A stretch of 64,000 nt of DNA from positions 512,001 to 576,000 of the forward strand of contig CAVWVI010000003.1 of the NCBI GenBank assembly GCA_963758495.1. Reading direction: 5' to 3'. Position numbers and translations under genes: made by a program. Positions 49,369-58,792 of this stretch are shown one piece after another. The stretch comes from Oligoflexia bacterium (GTDB taxonomy: Bacteria > Bdellovibrionota > UBA1018). The notes under the pieces were generated by a model. That model was not told where the DNA came from. It ran no database searches and worked only from the letters and a program-made list of their open reading frames with translations. The first letter of the stretch is position 1. Each line of letters opens with the position of its first letter.

Positions 49369-50965
49369 GAACAACCCCCTCCTTACATTGTTCAATGACT
49401 TGAGCGACTGCTAGAATCACTTCATCCAATTGAATCCCCAAACGTCCCTGCTCGTATTTTTCTAACCTTTCCTTTCGGCCCATCAGGAGACAATCCAAAA
49501 CATGCTCATGATCAGCCTGCCGATACGGCTGGAACTTAGGGCATAGGTAACAAGAAAAAGGGGGATCTAAATGACAGAGTGATTTTTCACCGCAGATCCC
49601 GATATCAGTTTGATCTAAGGGATTTACTTCGCTCACAAACGCCAAGTGCTTGTCGTCTCGCTCTCCGTTGATGGCTTCGTGCTGGCTTTCAATTACTATC
49701 CCTCGGAATAATTGGAGGTATTTTGAAAAACCTTTCGCCATTGCTTTGTCCAAATGCTCAACAATGGTTCCGGCAAGTTCAAAATAGACTTGTACGTGCT
49801 GTGTGTCAGTATGGTCTAAAATCCGAGCCAACTCAGCTCTACTGATACCTTCCGCTGCAAGACCTGTCGCGAGAGTGTATCTCAAGCGACGAGTGCAGAT
49901 TTGGAGCAGCTCGCCTGTTAATGGTGAAATAATTTTATGACGGCGAACGAACCCAACTATTAGACGGGTAATATCAAAACTGGTCATATTGAAAATATCA
50001 CCAAAAGAACCAGCAGCAAGTGCAGAACGGTTTTTCTCAATATTGATAAAGATTGGTTTTTCTACTTCAATTGTATTCCCCTCATGTATGGCAACGGTAG
50101 AAATACTTTTGTTTGCTTCAATAAGTTCAAGCACATAATCTGCAAATTGGGGCTCTAAATATTCATCTAACAAGTCATCCCGAGGGTTGAGGCCACGCTT
50201 CTTAATTCGTGGCATGCGGATCACATAACAAGGCGGTTGCCCATCGAGAGCTAAATTCATCAAATCTGAAGCCTTAAGATAGGTCAAATTCGCTGGATTG
50301 CGACCCAATGCTATTGAAAGAGCAAGCGCCGCCTTTTGTTGCAAATGGGAAAGTTTGGAACTTTTATCCTGCCGAAGAGCGTCTAGAAGTAGAGGGAGTT
50401 CCAATGACCGATGAAGTGGGCCCTTATCTTTATCTTCTAAACGAACAGCCTCCCCTTTTGGATTTCCAGGAATAACCATTCCTTCAAGTTCCATTGCATA
50501 TGCTGGACAAAATCCTAGTTCGGGATAATTCTCTGCACACCAAAGATACCACTGTATTGGACGATATAAGGCCCATAAGCGGTGCTTTGAACGAGCTTGC
50601 GAAATGGAGTCCTCTACCAATCTTATAAGACTATTTTTTAGGACTTCGGTATCGAGAGAGTTCGATAGTTGATATCTTCCTTGAGCCTTTAGAAATTCAA
50701 ACCAAATCCCTCTATAGGCAATGAACCCAGCATGGGTTGAAGTAAATTGAATTCTATCTTGCACATACCTTTTTGCGCTCCACCGAAGGAAGGAGTTTTG
50801 AATATCAGAAAATACGACTGAGCCATTTGTCTCCGTGGGGCATGGCAGGTGCCATGTATCGGAGACACTATCAACTACGAGACCTTCCCTCGTTATGATC
50901 GTAGTAGGCAATTCAGCCCAGCCATTTCCGGTAATGAGTTGATTTAAGGTTTGATGAGCACTCAT
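49361..50965 (-). CDS. Tyrosine recombinase 2 (GinB-like)
   Basis: PRIK, RRLRYT, LDHTD and VY; Cys tail IGIC...CH...SCYLCPKFQP. Confidence 0.85.
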   Translation of the reverse strand: MSAHQTLNQLITGNGWAELPTTIITREGLVVDSVSDTWHLPCPTETNGSVVFSDIQNSFLRWSAKRYVQDRIQFTSTHAGFIAYRGIWFEFLKAQGRYQLSNSLDTEVLKNSLIRLVEDSISQARSKHRLWALYRPIQWYLWCAENYPELGFCPAYAMELEGMVIPGNPKGEAVRLEDKDKGPLHRSLELPLLLDALRQDKSSKLSHLQQKAALALSIALGRNPANLTYLKASDLMNLALDGQPPCYVIRMPRIKKRGLNPRDDLLDEYLEPQFADYVLELIEANKSISTVAIHEGNTIEVEKPIFINIEKNRSALAAGSFGDIFNMTSFDITRLIVGFVRRHKIISPLTGELLQICTRRLRYTLATGLAAEGISRAELARILDHTDTQHVQVYFELAGTIVEHLDKAMAKGFSKYLQLFRGIVIESQHEAINGERDDKHLAFVSEVNPLDQTDIGICGEKSLCHLDPPFSCYLCPKFQPYRQADHEHVLDCLLMGRKERLEKYEQGRLGIQLDEVILAVAQVIEQCKEGVVHG

Positions 50966-52152
50966 CCTTCGCTCCCCGACAGGAGTAATTTCTTTTGAAA
51001 GCTTTTCAGAGCATATTTAGCCTGCTCTTCAATCTCTTGAGCAATGTAGACTGACTGTGACTCTAAACTACTGTCACCCCTTAGAATTGCCAGAGCTTGT
51101 CTTCTGCGATCTTCGTTCAAACCAGATTCGCGAAGTGTTCGCTCTATTCTGCTTGAAAATGTATGTCGGAGAGCTTTTGCAGACAGATGCGGAGGCAATT
51201 GATCTGCAAACCGCCTTCTCAATCCTTCATACAGTTTATTTAAAGCTGATTGAGAGAGGGGGTCTCCCTCATCACTCAATATTAGATATTCGGAATCCTG
51301 TTTAGACTTGGCCTCAAGCTCGTCTCTCCATGTCATGATATATTCATTTAGTCTGCGAGCAAACTGAGGATCCTCGATAGGTAATATGCGGCCATTACGT
51401 TTTATTTTCGGACGGGGGCGGCGAGTATCGTTAGGATCCGGAGGTCTTCGTTTGACATGTATTCCAGACACTCCGCCCAACTCAATGTCTTCTACCTTTA
51501 GGCTTAAAAGCTCACCTGGGCGGAGGCCATAATAGAGCATGATCATAGTCGAGATATAATTTCTAAATTTTACAGCTGCGTTTCGTCCAACCGACTTCGG
51601 ATTGTTTGGATCAAGGCATTCAATCAAGTCTTTTACTTCCTGCTCTTTTAAGCCCTTAGGTTTGCGCGTATTGACTGGAGGAAGGCTTGTATAGGTAGTA
51701 TCTAGCCATTTCAAGTTTCTTAACTGTTGGTCTCTTATGCGCTCGTAGCGCATGTCTCCGAGAGCCAAGCTACTCAAATATAAATCGAAGCACCAACTAA
51801 AAAAGTTTCTTATAGTTGCTACCCGTAAATTAAAACTATGGGGAGAGACTGCAAGCTGAGTTACTCTTCTATCCATGCACTGATCACGTCTTAGAGCCTC
51901 TACTAAGCTTCCTCGTAGTTCGGCCTCTGAAAAAAACTTTCCTGACTCTATTCTTTCCCACAGATCAATCGAATGTTTATCTAGCCACCGATAAAGCACC
52001 ATCAATTCCCTAAGATTTCGTACTAAGGTCGAGGTACTCATTGATCTTCTTCCCAAGATAAACTCATTGGGAGTAGGTATCGGCAACCCGTTTATATCAA
52101 GGAGTATCGGAATTTGATCCCCGGAAGAATGAGAGATGATGTCAATACGCAC
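50962..52152 (-). CDS. Tyrosine recombinase 1 (GinA-like)
   Basis: GLRPGELLSL, ALRHTF, RGD and VY; GTG start; ATGA-coupled to the next gene. Confidence 0.88.
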   Translation of the reverse strand: MRIDIISHSSGDQIPILLDINGLPIPTPNEFILGRRSMSTSTLVRNLRELMVLYRWLDKHSIDLWERIESGKFFSEAELRGSLVEALRRDQCMDRRVTQLAVSPHSFNLRVATIRNFFSWCFDLYLSSLALGDMRYERIRDQQLRNLKWLDTTYTSLPPVNTRKPKGLKEQEVKDLIECLDPNNPKSVGRNAAVKFRNYISTMIMLYYGLRPGELLSLKVEDIELGGVSGIHVKRRPPDPNDTRRPRPKIKRNGRILPIEDPQFARRLNEYIMTWRDELEAKSKQDSEYLILSDEGDPLSQSALNKLYEGLRRRFADQLPPHLSAKALRHTFSSRIERTLRESGLNEDRRRQALAILRGDSSLESQSVYIAQEIEEQAKYALKSFQKKLLLSGSEG

Positions 52153-52257
52153 GTTGTAAGTCCTTTACAAAATGAATTAACTCTCAATTACTAAATTTAC
52201 AATTTAATTTTTATCCGTATTAGTAGATTACTTATTATTCTCTTAGCTTGAAAAATG

Positions 52258-52293
52258 AAAAAAAGCCTTTTGAATCTTTACAATCCAAAAGGC
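52258..52293 (-). terminator. Terminator downstream of ssb, inside the island end
   Basis: GCCTTTTG...CAAAAGGC stem followed by T7 on the minus strand. Confidence 0.7.
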
Positions 52294-52369
52294 CTTCTTA
52301 ATAACTTATTTTCTTATTTTTCAGTAGGTTAGCAAAAACAGCGTTGTCCTTGCTTTACAAAACCACTTT

Positions 52370-52380
52370 ATTCCGACCTA
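52370..52380 (+). repeat. Putative att core, ssb-proximal copy (ATTCCGACCTA)
   Basis: Overlaps the ssb TAG; identical to 34356-34366. Confidence 0.6.
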
Positions 52381-52902
52381 AAATGGAATGTCGTCTTCAG
52401 TAAAAGACGGCTCCATATTCATAGGTGAAGAATTTCCCTGAATTCCCTGAGATGGGTGCTGTTGAAATGAGCCGCCACCCATATTGGAATCATGGGCTTG
52501 CGTATCTCGCTGTGGACGATCGCCATAATGAGAGCCAGCTCCAGGCCCAGCAGCCGCGCCTGCACCCGCTCCTGCAGTAGCACCTAAGAACTGAACTGTT
52601 TGAGCCTGTACTTCCGTCGTGTATTTAGTCTGACCATCTTTATCCTGCCATTGGCGGGTCTGAAGACGTCCTTCTACATAAACTTGGCGGCCTTTTGTCA
52701 AAAACTGATTACAGTTTTCAGCGGTTTTTCCCCAAACAACAATTTTGTGCCATTCAGTTTTTTCCTGCTTTTGACCTGACTTATCGGTCCAAGACTCGTT
52801 CGTTGCTACACTAAAATTTGCGACAGCAGCCCCTGATGGCGTATAACGCACTTCTGGGTTTTGCCCTAAACGACCTACTAAAATCACTTTATTGACGGAC
52901 AT
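52378..52902 (-). CDS. ssb: Single-stranded DNA-binding protein
   Basis: [16 protein letters not shown] and VEGRLQTR; C-terminal DDIPF. Confidence 0.97.
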   Translation of the reverse strand: MSVNKVILVGRLGQNPEVRYTPSGAAVANFSVATNESWTDKSGQKQEKTEWHKIVVWGKTAENCNQFLTKGRQVYVEGRLQTRQWQDKDGQTKYTTEVQAQTVQFLGATAGAGAGAAAGPGAGSHYGDRPQRDTQAHDSNMGGGSFQQHPSQGIQGNSSPMNMEPSFTEDDIPF

Positions 52903-52976
52903 GAAATGACAAATAGCTTCCCCGGAATGGGTCTGTCAAGGCAAAATCCCTCCGAGTCGCTATTCTAAATGGAGTT

Positions 52977-53495
52977 TTAAACCGGTGGAGCAGGAGACTG
53001 AGGAGATACAGGGGTTGTTTTAGGAGGAGATACAAGAGGAGCTTTAGCAACAGAGGGCCCTCCAGACTCTGGATAAGCAATACCTTTATCAGCGAATTTT
53101 TTGCGCCAATAAGCATCCACCTCTCGACGCGCCCATTTCTCATTGACTAAGAAAAGGTAAGGGTCAAAACCACATTGAGGACAACTTAATGCTGCACGTA
53201 TTTTCCATCGATAGACGGTTTCAAAAACCATCCAAAATGGAAAAAATGAGACGATCCCCTTCCAATTCATCCACTTCCAGGAGACCAGCATAAAAATAAT
53301 CGAGGTCAGCACCACTTGAAAAACCTGCCTAAATCCCTCGGGTTTAGGCCGAAAAGGCACCTTCCGAGTCGCTTCACAAAGAGGACAAATAAAACACCAA
53401 AGTGTGCTATATCTGTCCCGCCAAAAGGGGGATTTAATTTTTTCTTCAAGCTTTAGTCTTTGATTTAACCGTCGAGAGCCCATTCGATGATCCAT
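52977..53495 (-). CDS. Hypothetical membrane protein with two CxxC motifs
   Basis: CPLC, two TM segments, CPQCGFDP. Confidence 0.7.
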   Translation of the reverse strand: MDHRMGSRRLNQRLKLEEKIKSPFWRDRYSTLWCFICPLCEATRKVPFRPKPEGFRQVFQVVLTSIIFMLVSWKWMNWKGIVSFFPFWMVFETVYRWKIRAALSCPQCGFDPYLFLVNEKWARREVDAYWRKKFADKGIAYPESGGPSVAKAPLVSPPKTTPVSPQSPAPPV

Positions 53496-53536
53496 TCATT
53501 GCCTCTATAGCCAAAGTATAGCATATTAGGTCACAC

Positions 53537-54706
53537 ATGAATCCAATGAGAATAAATCAGTATATTAAGCCTACCACCCAATTTCCTCCCGCCTGGCTTT
53601 GGCTTGTCGATGAAGCTATCCCTAATTGGGTAAAGAAAGAGTATAGCCCTCGAGAAAGCTGGAAAAATAAGCCATTTTCGAAAGAGGATGCTCGATTTTT
53701 TTTCAAAGGGATCGAAGAACTTTCAGATCTCTTTACTGAAGAACGCCCCAAAGGGATGCCCAACTACTTCCAACATCCGAAATATCGTTCTTCCTACCTT
53801 CTTTACTTCCTCCCTCTTCAAGCTGCCAAGTTCTTGACTCTTTTTCAACTTTACCCTCACGCAATTGAAGCGGCACTCTCTCATGGACGAAAAACTGGCA
53901 CTCTCCGAATAGCAGACATTGGAGCGGGGCCAGGCACAGCTTCGCTGGCTTTATTGCTCCTTCTGATGAATTTAAAAATGGAGCCGGGTCAGGAAATTCC
54001 GCCTATTGAAATAACTTTGGTTGATACAAATCCAGATATCATGGCCGACGGAAAAGCTCTTATTGAACAACTCTCTAGCAGCTTCCCTAAGCTTCGCGGA
54101 CGGATCCAACTCAAAACTCATATTCTTCCTTGGTGGAAAGCAGCGTCTCACATCCCTGACGCTCAATCTTTAATACTCCTGGGGCACGTCTTGAACGAGG
54201 CTTCTGCTCCCCAGCGGGATTCTCATAGCTTTTGGGAACTACTACTTAAGAAAGCAGAGGGTGGCGGTGTTCTTATGGCTGAACCTGCCACAAGAAAATC
54301 GGGTCAGTTACTCTCTTCATTGCGAAACCATTTTTTTGAATCAGGTCTGATTGAAAATACTCCTTCTCAAATCTGGGGGCCTTGCCTCCATGCAGGTACA
54401 TGCCCCCTCACTCGAGGCCGAGATTGGTGCCATGCTTCTGTTCCCATTGATGTTCCTGGTAAATGGTTCAGAGATATTTCCGCGGCGTTAGGGTCTGAAA
54501 AACACTGGGTGAAGTTTACTTATCTTTGGCTCGCCTCTTCATCCTATCCTTCGCCAAAACCTTACCCTCAATTACGACGCGTCATTAGTGACCCCCTCAG
54601 TCAAGGCCCAAAATCTACCGTATTGATTTGCGAGCCTGAAGTTGCTGGTAGATTTCCAGTTTTAGAAAAACAAAGAGTGGGTCGAGGAGATATCGTTAAA
54701 ATTTAA
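53537..54706 (+). CDS. Rsm22/METTL17-family methyltransferase-like protein
   Basis: DIGAGPGTAS, HVLNE, EP and GPCLH..CPL....WCH motifs. Confidence 0.8.
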   Translation: MNPMRINQYIKPTTQFPPAWLWLVDEAIPNWVKKEYSPRESWKNKPFSKEDARFFFKGIEELSDLFTEERPKGMPNYFQHPKYRSSYLLYFLPLQAAKFLTLFQLYPHAIEAALSHGRKTGTLRIADIGAGPGTASLALLLLLMNLKMEPGQEIPPIEITLVDTNPDIMADGKALIEQLSSSFPKLRGRIQLKTHILPWWKAASHIPDAQSLILLGHVLNEASAPQRDSHSFWELLLKKAEGGGVLMAEPATRKSGQLLSSLRNHFFESGLIENTPSQIWGPCLHAGTCPLTRGRDWCHASVPIDVPGKWFRDISAALGSEKHWVKFTYLWLASSSYPSPKPYPQLRRVISDPLSQGPKSTVLICEPEVAGRFPVLEKQRVGRGDIVKI

Positions 54707-54733
54707 CAAATACGTAAAGATCTCTCATAACGA

Positions 54734-56128
54734 GTGCGAGGTAATTCGGTGTTGTCCTTTTCAAGCTTCTTTTCGTTTTTTTTGTTTTCTTTATTACTTT
54801 CTACTTCATCTTTTGCGGGTTCAAAAATATCAACTTTACAAACAGAATTAAGCCAAGCTTTAGACCCAACTCTACACATCAAAGATTTGCAGAATTTTAT
54901 TTTAGATTATGCCCGCCCCATTCAACCGCTATTCGCATCTTCTGATCACTCCTGCGCCTTATTCCAAAATAAAGTATTTTGCTGGGGTAGGAATCAGCAG
55001 AGTCAACTAGGAGACAGGACGAAAGATCCTCATCCGAAACCCACCTTGGTATTAGGACTTCGAGAGGTCACTGCCATTGCAGGGAGTGCTCAATCTTCTT
55101 GTGCAATCCATGGAAAAAATAGAAGAGTCAGTTGTTGGGGAACCTTAGATTACGGCGGACTCAAAACTTTGATTAAAAACAAAATCACTCCTCTCACTCC
55201 CATTCCAGGGATTGAAAATGCAACCTCTGTCGCTGTAGGTTATCTTCACGCCTGTGCCACACTCGACAATGGACATGGAGTTTGCTGGGGTAATAATAGT
55301 GATGGCCAGCTGGGGAATGGAAAACTGGATCAAGACTATGAGGAATATTCCTATTTCAAACAACCTACACCCGTCTCAAGGCTTAAAAATGCGATCTCAA
55401 TTGTAGCGGGACTCAATCACTCCTGTGCAATTTTAAAAGGAGGTCAAGTAGCGTGCTGGGGGGATAATCTTTACGGTCAATTAGGAGATGGAACCTCTAA
55501 GAATCGCCTTCGTCCTACTTTGGTTCTGGGACTCACGAATGTCACTTCTCTTTCAGCAGGTGCTTATTACACCTGCGCAGCAGGAGAAGATGGAAAAGCT
55601 TTTTGTTGGGGCCGCAATGATTCTGGTCAACTCGGCGATGGAACGAAAATCGATCATTCTACACCCACGCCTATTGCAGAACTTGAAAATGTTCTTTCTA
55701 TATCGGCTGGAAGTCACCACACTTGTGCAACAACGCAAGGGGGAAAAGGATTCTGCTGGGGTGCCAATATCTTTGGAGAGTTAGGCAATGGCTCCAAAAA
55801 TAAAAGCTTGATCCCGACTCCTATATTAGGATTTGAAAATATCCTCTCTATTGCAAATGGAGACTTTCATTCCTGTGCGAATTTAATGGACAACTCAATC
55901 GCCTGTTGGGGACGGAATCTTTTTGGAGAATTAGGAAACGGCCGTAGCACTGAAAATGCTACTTCGATAGCTGAGAAATGCTTTGATTCCCTGATCGAAA
56001 CCTTTCCTCTGAGTTCATCTTCCAAAAACTGGAACATTTCTTTTGAACCCAATGTCTACACCGGAAAATCTGCATGCAGTCAGATTGAAAGCAGCTCCAT
56101 CCCCATTTGTACTGAAGCTTTTCTTTGA
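54734..56128 (+). CDS. Secreted RCC1-repeat beta-propeller protein
   Basis: About 7 repeats of H(S/T)CA...CWG.N..GQLG.G; signal peptide ending SFA. Confidence 0.9.
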   Translation: MRGNSVLSFSSFFSFFLFSLLLSTSSFAGSKISTLQTELSQALDPTLHIKDLQNFILDYARPIQPLFASSDHSCALFQNKVFCWGRNQQSQLGDRTKDPHPKPTLVLGLREVTAIAGSAQSSCAIHGKNRRVSCWGTLDYGGLKTLIKNKITPLTPIPGIENATSVAVGYLHACATLDNGHGVCWGNNSDGQLGNGKLDQDYEEYSYFKQPTPVSRLKNAISIVAGLNHSCAILKGGQVACWGDNLYGQLGDGTSKNRLRPTLVLGLTNVTSLSAGAYYTCAAGEDGKAFCWGRNDSGQLGDGTKIDHSTPTPIAELENVLSISAGSHHTCATTQGGKGFCWGANIFGELGNGSKNKSLIPTPILGFENILSIANGDFHSCANLMDNSIACWGRNLFGELGNGRSTENATSIAEKCFDSLIETFPLSSSSKNWNISFEPNVYTGKSACSQIESSSIPICTEAFL

Positions 56129-56407
56129 GGATCCGGCTGGCCCCCTTTCGGGAGCCAGCGGAAGAGGTAGGCCAATTTGAATTCGAGCATTGAATTTTTT
56201 TGGATGACCACTCTCGCCCCCACAGCATACGTTCCGCAATAATCCGCAACCAGTGGCCTTATTTTGTACATATGCAGCGAACGTGCCAACGACCGACTTA
56301 AAATTTATGGGAAAATAAAACAAACAGTTCTATTGAAATCAAAATAGATCACGCATTATGCATTTCTACTTTAAAGATGACATTGCAAAAAAAGCACCGT
56401 CACAAAA

Positions 56408-57652
56408 TTAAACACGTTTGAGTAATGCTGCCCAAAAACCATCACCATAGGGAGCCTGATGAGGCGCAAGAAACCATTGATCTACCATGAACTCTTTTAA
56501 TCCAGCTTGGGTAATTGCTTGAGGACCTTCCTCTTTGAGCACTGAACAGACTGAATAAGCAAGGAAGCCCCCAGGTCTAACTTTCTCCCAGGCAGATTTT
56601 AAAACCTCTTGCTGAGCTTTCATGAGTCCCTGTAATTCTTTTTCCTGTCTGAGCCAACGAACATCAGGATGTCTCCGTAAAATACCCGTACCCGAACAAG
56701 GCGCATCTACCCAAACCAGATCCTTTGGCCCCTGATTGCTCAACTCTTCCCATGGGATCACTTGGATCTCAGGCGCAGCTCGCTGTACCGTTTGCACGAG
56801 AAGCGGAAGCCGAGTCGCAACTCGATCCGTTGCAACCCCCTGAATTCCATTCCATGCCATCCCTACCGATTTACCTCCAGGTGCAGCGCAGAGATCGAGA
56901 CCTAATATAACTTGATCTCCATAGTCTTGCCTGACTCGATTCACAATTTCATTCACTAAAAATTGACTCGAAATATCCTGAACAATCCATTCACCTTCAG
57001 CAAATCCTTTGCGATTAACAACTGATCCACCTTCAATGCTTTTCCAAGACCCTGGAACAGGGCCCGCTTGAGCCCAATCTGCCGTAAAATCTAATTTTCG
57101 AGATCGAATCCATAACGTAGGTCTCTCCAAACTTGCCTGCGCATAACCTTGGGCCCATTCTAAACCGTGCTGATGAAAAACTTTAAGCCAAAGCCACTCA
57201 GGTAAACTCGCCCAGGCAGCTACCACACGAGAGTCTTGATCAGCAGGAAATTTTTGATTTCGCCATTGAGATGCATATTCAGATATTTTTCTTAAACAAG
57301 CATTTGCGAACTTTGCAGGAGCTTCCCCTTCTTTAGAACGAACCTCAGTTACCGTTTCAGAGACGACAACTGCCGCAGGAGTGCGATCTTGAACGATGAT
57401 TTGATAACTCGCTAATAGCAAAATTTTCCTGAGCCACCCCGAAGGCTTTTTTCGCAGCGAAACCGAATCCAAGATAAAATCGAGACGCCCCTTCCATCGA
57501 AGGGTTCCTGAACACACATCCTGCAGCCAAGCCAAAGAAGGAGACTCCTTACTTAAGGCTGCCATCTCCTCATCTAGAGCACGATGCTCGCTCAAAACCC
57601 GGGTGAGAATTCGAACTGCCAAAGCTCTAGGGTACATCGTTTTTTCAGACAT
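56408..57652 (-). CDS. rsmB: 16S rRNA m5C967 methyltransferase-like protein (NusB plus RsmB domains)
   Basis: NusB-like N-terminus; QD, DLCAAPGGKS, DAPCSGTG and YSVCS motifs. Confidence 0.85.
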   Translation of the reverse strand: MSEKTMYPRALAVRILTRVLSEHRALDEEMAALSKESPSLAWLQDVCSGTLRWKGRLDFILDSVSLRKKPSGWLRKILLLASYQIIVQDRTPAAVVVSETVTEVRSKEGEAPAKFANACLRKISEYASQWRNQKFPADQDSRVVAAWASLPEWLWLKVFHQHGLEWAQGYAQASLERPTLWIRSRKLDFTADWAQAGPVPGSWKSIEGGSVVNRKGFAEGEWIVQDISSQFLVNEIVNRVRQDYGDQVILGLDLCAAPGGKSVGMAWNGIQGVATDRVATRLPLLVQTVQRAAPEIQVIPWEELSNQGPKDLVWVDAPCSGTGILRRHPDVRWLRQEKELQGLMKAQQEVLKSAWEKVRPGGFLAYSVCSVLKEEGPQAITQAGLKEFMVDQWFLAPHQAPYGDGFWAALLKRV

Positions 57653-58650
57653 TATTTAATACCACCCCACAATAAATAGGCTCCAGGTACAAAAGCAGAG
57701 TCTTCACGGGGATAGCCACTTAGTTTTTCTAAAAATGGAAATAACCATCTCAATAGACCTTCCCTGCCGCTGAGAAATTCCGTAGAGTCAGGTCCAGAGC
57801 CATCATCCATTACAAAATCCAATAGGCCTCGTTTCTGCTTATCGATATAAATAACTGAAGGTTTCCCTTTAATATTCGCAAGTCTTCCTGCTTCATGAAT
57901 AGCATCATTCAGAGATCCAAGTTCGTCTACTAAATGGGCTTGCTTAGCCTGATTACCTGAAAAAATCCGTCCATCAGCAATGGCGGTCACTTGATTCAGG
58001 GTGAGTTTACGACCTGTGGCTACGGCTTGCTTGAACTGCAATAAAATATCATCGACCATAGTTTGGAGTAATGCGCGCTCCTCTGAAGTCATCTTGCGAT
58101 ATTCCGCGCCCGAATCTTTAAACTTACCTGTCTTAATCGCAAAGCGTTCAATCTTTGCCCAATCATAGAGTTTTTCTAAGTTAGCAAACTCCATAATGAC
58201 TCCAATGGATCCAGTCATACTTCCAGGATTTGCGAAAACCTTCTTTGCACCACAAGCAATGTAATAAGCCCCACTTGCGGCTATTGATCCCATAGATACG
58301 ACTAGAGGCTTTTTATATTTTTTAACAGCTTCATAAATTTCTTGAGAAGGGGCTACAGATCCTCCTGGTGAATTCAATCTTAAAACAACTGCCTTCACCT
58401 GATCGTTGTCTTCAAGTTTTTCAAGTTTCGCCAAAGTTTTTTTGGAATCCAGAATAATTCCATTCATTTCAATGACCCCAACAGACTCTCCGCTAAAAAG
58501 CGCCAAACCGCTTCCACTTCGAGTTGAACTCACTGGAGATTTAGAAAGGAAAAAAATTCCGGATATTAAAAGGAATAAGGCGAAAAAAACACCAGAAAGG
58601 ATAAGAACGATAGATAATGGCCCCAGAGAACTTTTCTTCTGTTCAGTCAT
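57652..58650 (-). CDS. sppA: Signal peptide peptidase SppA (S49)
   Basis: NSPGGS, AASGAY, TGSIGV and DGRIF motifs. Start at ATG 58650. Confidence 0.92.
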   Translation of the reverse strand: MTEQKKSSLGPLSIVLILSGVFFALFLLISGIFFLSKSPVSSTRSGSGLALFSGESVGVIEMNGIILDSKKTLAKLEKLEDNDQVKAVVLRLNSPGGSVAPSQEIYEAVKKYKKPLVVSMGSIAASGAYYIACGAKKVFANPGSMTGSIGVIMEFANLEKLYDWAKIERFAIKTGKFKDSGAEYRKMTSEERALLQTMVDDILLQFKQAVATGRKLTLNQVTAIADGRIFSGNQAKQAHLVDELGSLNDAIHEAGRLANIKGKPSVIYIDKQKRGLLDFVMDDGSGPDSTEFLSGREGLLRWLFPFLEKLSGYPREDSAFVPGAYLLWGGIK

Positions 58651-58699
58651 AGAAATAAAACTACCTCTAGAAGGCTTTGAGACACTAGAAAAAAGAACT

Positions 58700-58758
58700 A
58701 AAAAAAAGCGCCGTCTCAACTGCCCCCTGTTTATTGGAGACTTCTGAGATCGGCGCTT
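58700..58758 (-). terminator. Terminator after rpsA
   Basis: AAGCGCCGATCTCA...TGAGACGGCGCTT followed by a T-tract on the minus strand. Confidence 0.6.
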
Positions 58759-58792
58759 CTTTTACATTTTTAACTAAAAGCGAGTCAAGAAT

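Larger units (their letters stand above)
34356..52380 (-). mobile_element. Composite genomic island at the 3' end of ssb (GInt-like recombinase module, cargo and type I-C CRISPR-Cas)
   Basis: ATTCCGACCTA at 34356-34366 and 52370-52380, the latter overlapping the ssb stop; three tyrosine recombinases next to ssb; housekeeping genes resume at ssb. Confidence 0.65.

Noticed and set aside
34421..52152. CRISPR-associated transposon (RNA-guided integration)
   Set aside because: No TnsA/B/C/TniQ; intact cas3, cas1, cas2 and cas4 indicate a defence system; I saw no spacer matching the att site or ssb by eye.
56133..56161. GC-rich hairpin after the RCC1 gene as an ncRNA or REP element
   Set aside because: Single copy in the window; most simply a terminator-like or stabilising stem between convergent genes.
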